Part shown: in pieces, positions 63,993 through 64,000 of the stretch
Numbering within the stretch: position 1 is the stretch's first letter
How the letters are laid out: each line of letters opens with the position of its first letter
Origin: Dehalococcoidia bacterium
GTDB taxonomy: Bacteria; Chloroflexota; Dehalococcoidia; Lucifugimonadales; UBA1123
Direction: 5' to 3'
Length of the DNA stretch: 64,000 nucleotides
Assembly: GCA_963665255.1 (NCBI GenBank)
Contig: OY762210.1
Span: forward strand, 2,366,929 to 2,430,928
Program-made: the position numbers and the translations under genes
The notes under the pieces: model-generated
What the model saw: only the letters and a program-made list of their open reading frames with translations
Told to the model about the DNA's origin: nothing
Databases searched by the model: none

Positions 63993-64000
63993 CGATAGAT

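Noticed and set aside
1-64000. Search for tRNA/rRNA genes, CRISPR arrays, IS elements/transposases, integrases, phage genes, toxin-antitoxin pairs or known defence-system genes
   Set aside because: Intergenic spacers are all shorter than about 220 nt. None shows cloverleaf-like or repeat-spacer structure. No ORF shows DDE, tyrosine-recombinase, Cas, restriction-modification or phage-structural motifs. This is a by-eye inspection only, with no covariance-model or HMM search.

Overview
This is a densely packed chromosomal window with about 57 protein-coding genes. I saw no tRNA or rRNA genes, CRISPR arrays, IS elements, integrases or prophage signals. The sequence looks moderately GC-rich by eye. 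Many genes have GGAGG-type ribosome-binding sites, and many adjacent genes overlap by 4 nt (ATGA).

Housekeeping anchors are mfd, an 11-gene nuoABCDHIJKLMN operon that natively lacks nuoEFG, ccmH-ccmF, rplY (L25/Ctc), fabF and folC. The rest is a paralogue-rich catabolic repertoire:
- four mandelate-racemase-type enolase-superfamily genes
- a tandem-fused family III CoA-transferase
- amidohydrolases, including a D-aminoacylase
- an LLM/F420-type oxidoreductase coupled to a DinB protein
- VOC, PIG-L and GNAT enzymes, and two 2-hydroxyacid dehydrogenases
- an orphan molybdopterin oxidoreductase large subunit next to a MOSC protein
- a cytoplasmic reductive-dehalogenase/QueG-like Fe-S protein

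This content resembles marine Chloroflexota of the SAR202 type, but that taxonomic guess is inference only.

I found no clear defence island, mobile element or RNA-based system. The best candidates for undescribed biology are:
- a two-gene membrane module whose 13-TM protein is built from six tandem R-x-Y...W-x-H-W hairpin repeats (11514-13862)
- a four-gene operon of D-aminoacylase, TauE permease, enolase-type enzyme and Eis-like GNAT (41446-46171), together with the neighbouring RdhA/QueG-like gene
- the fused double CoA-transferase (28227-30668)
- a 10-formyl-THF-hydrolase-like gene leading a cytoplasmic PAS-GAF two-component operon (50338-53503)
- a GNAT-CapA-kinase-FolC-FabF gene string (54117-60188)

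All functional calls rest on motif recognition from the translated ORFs. No database search was possible.
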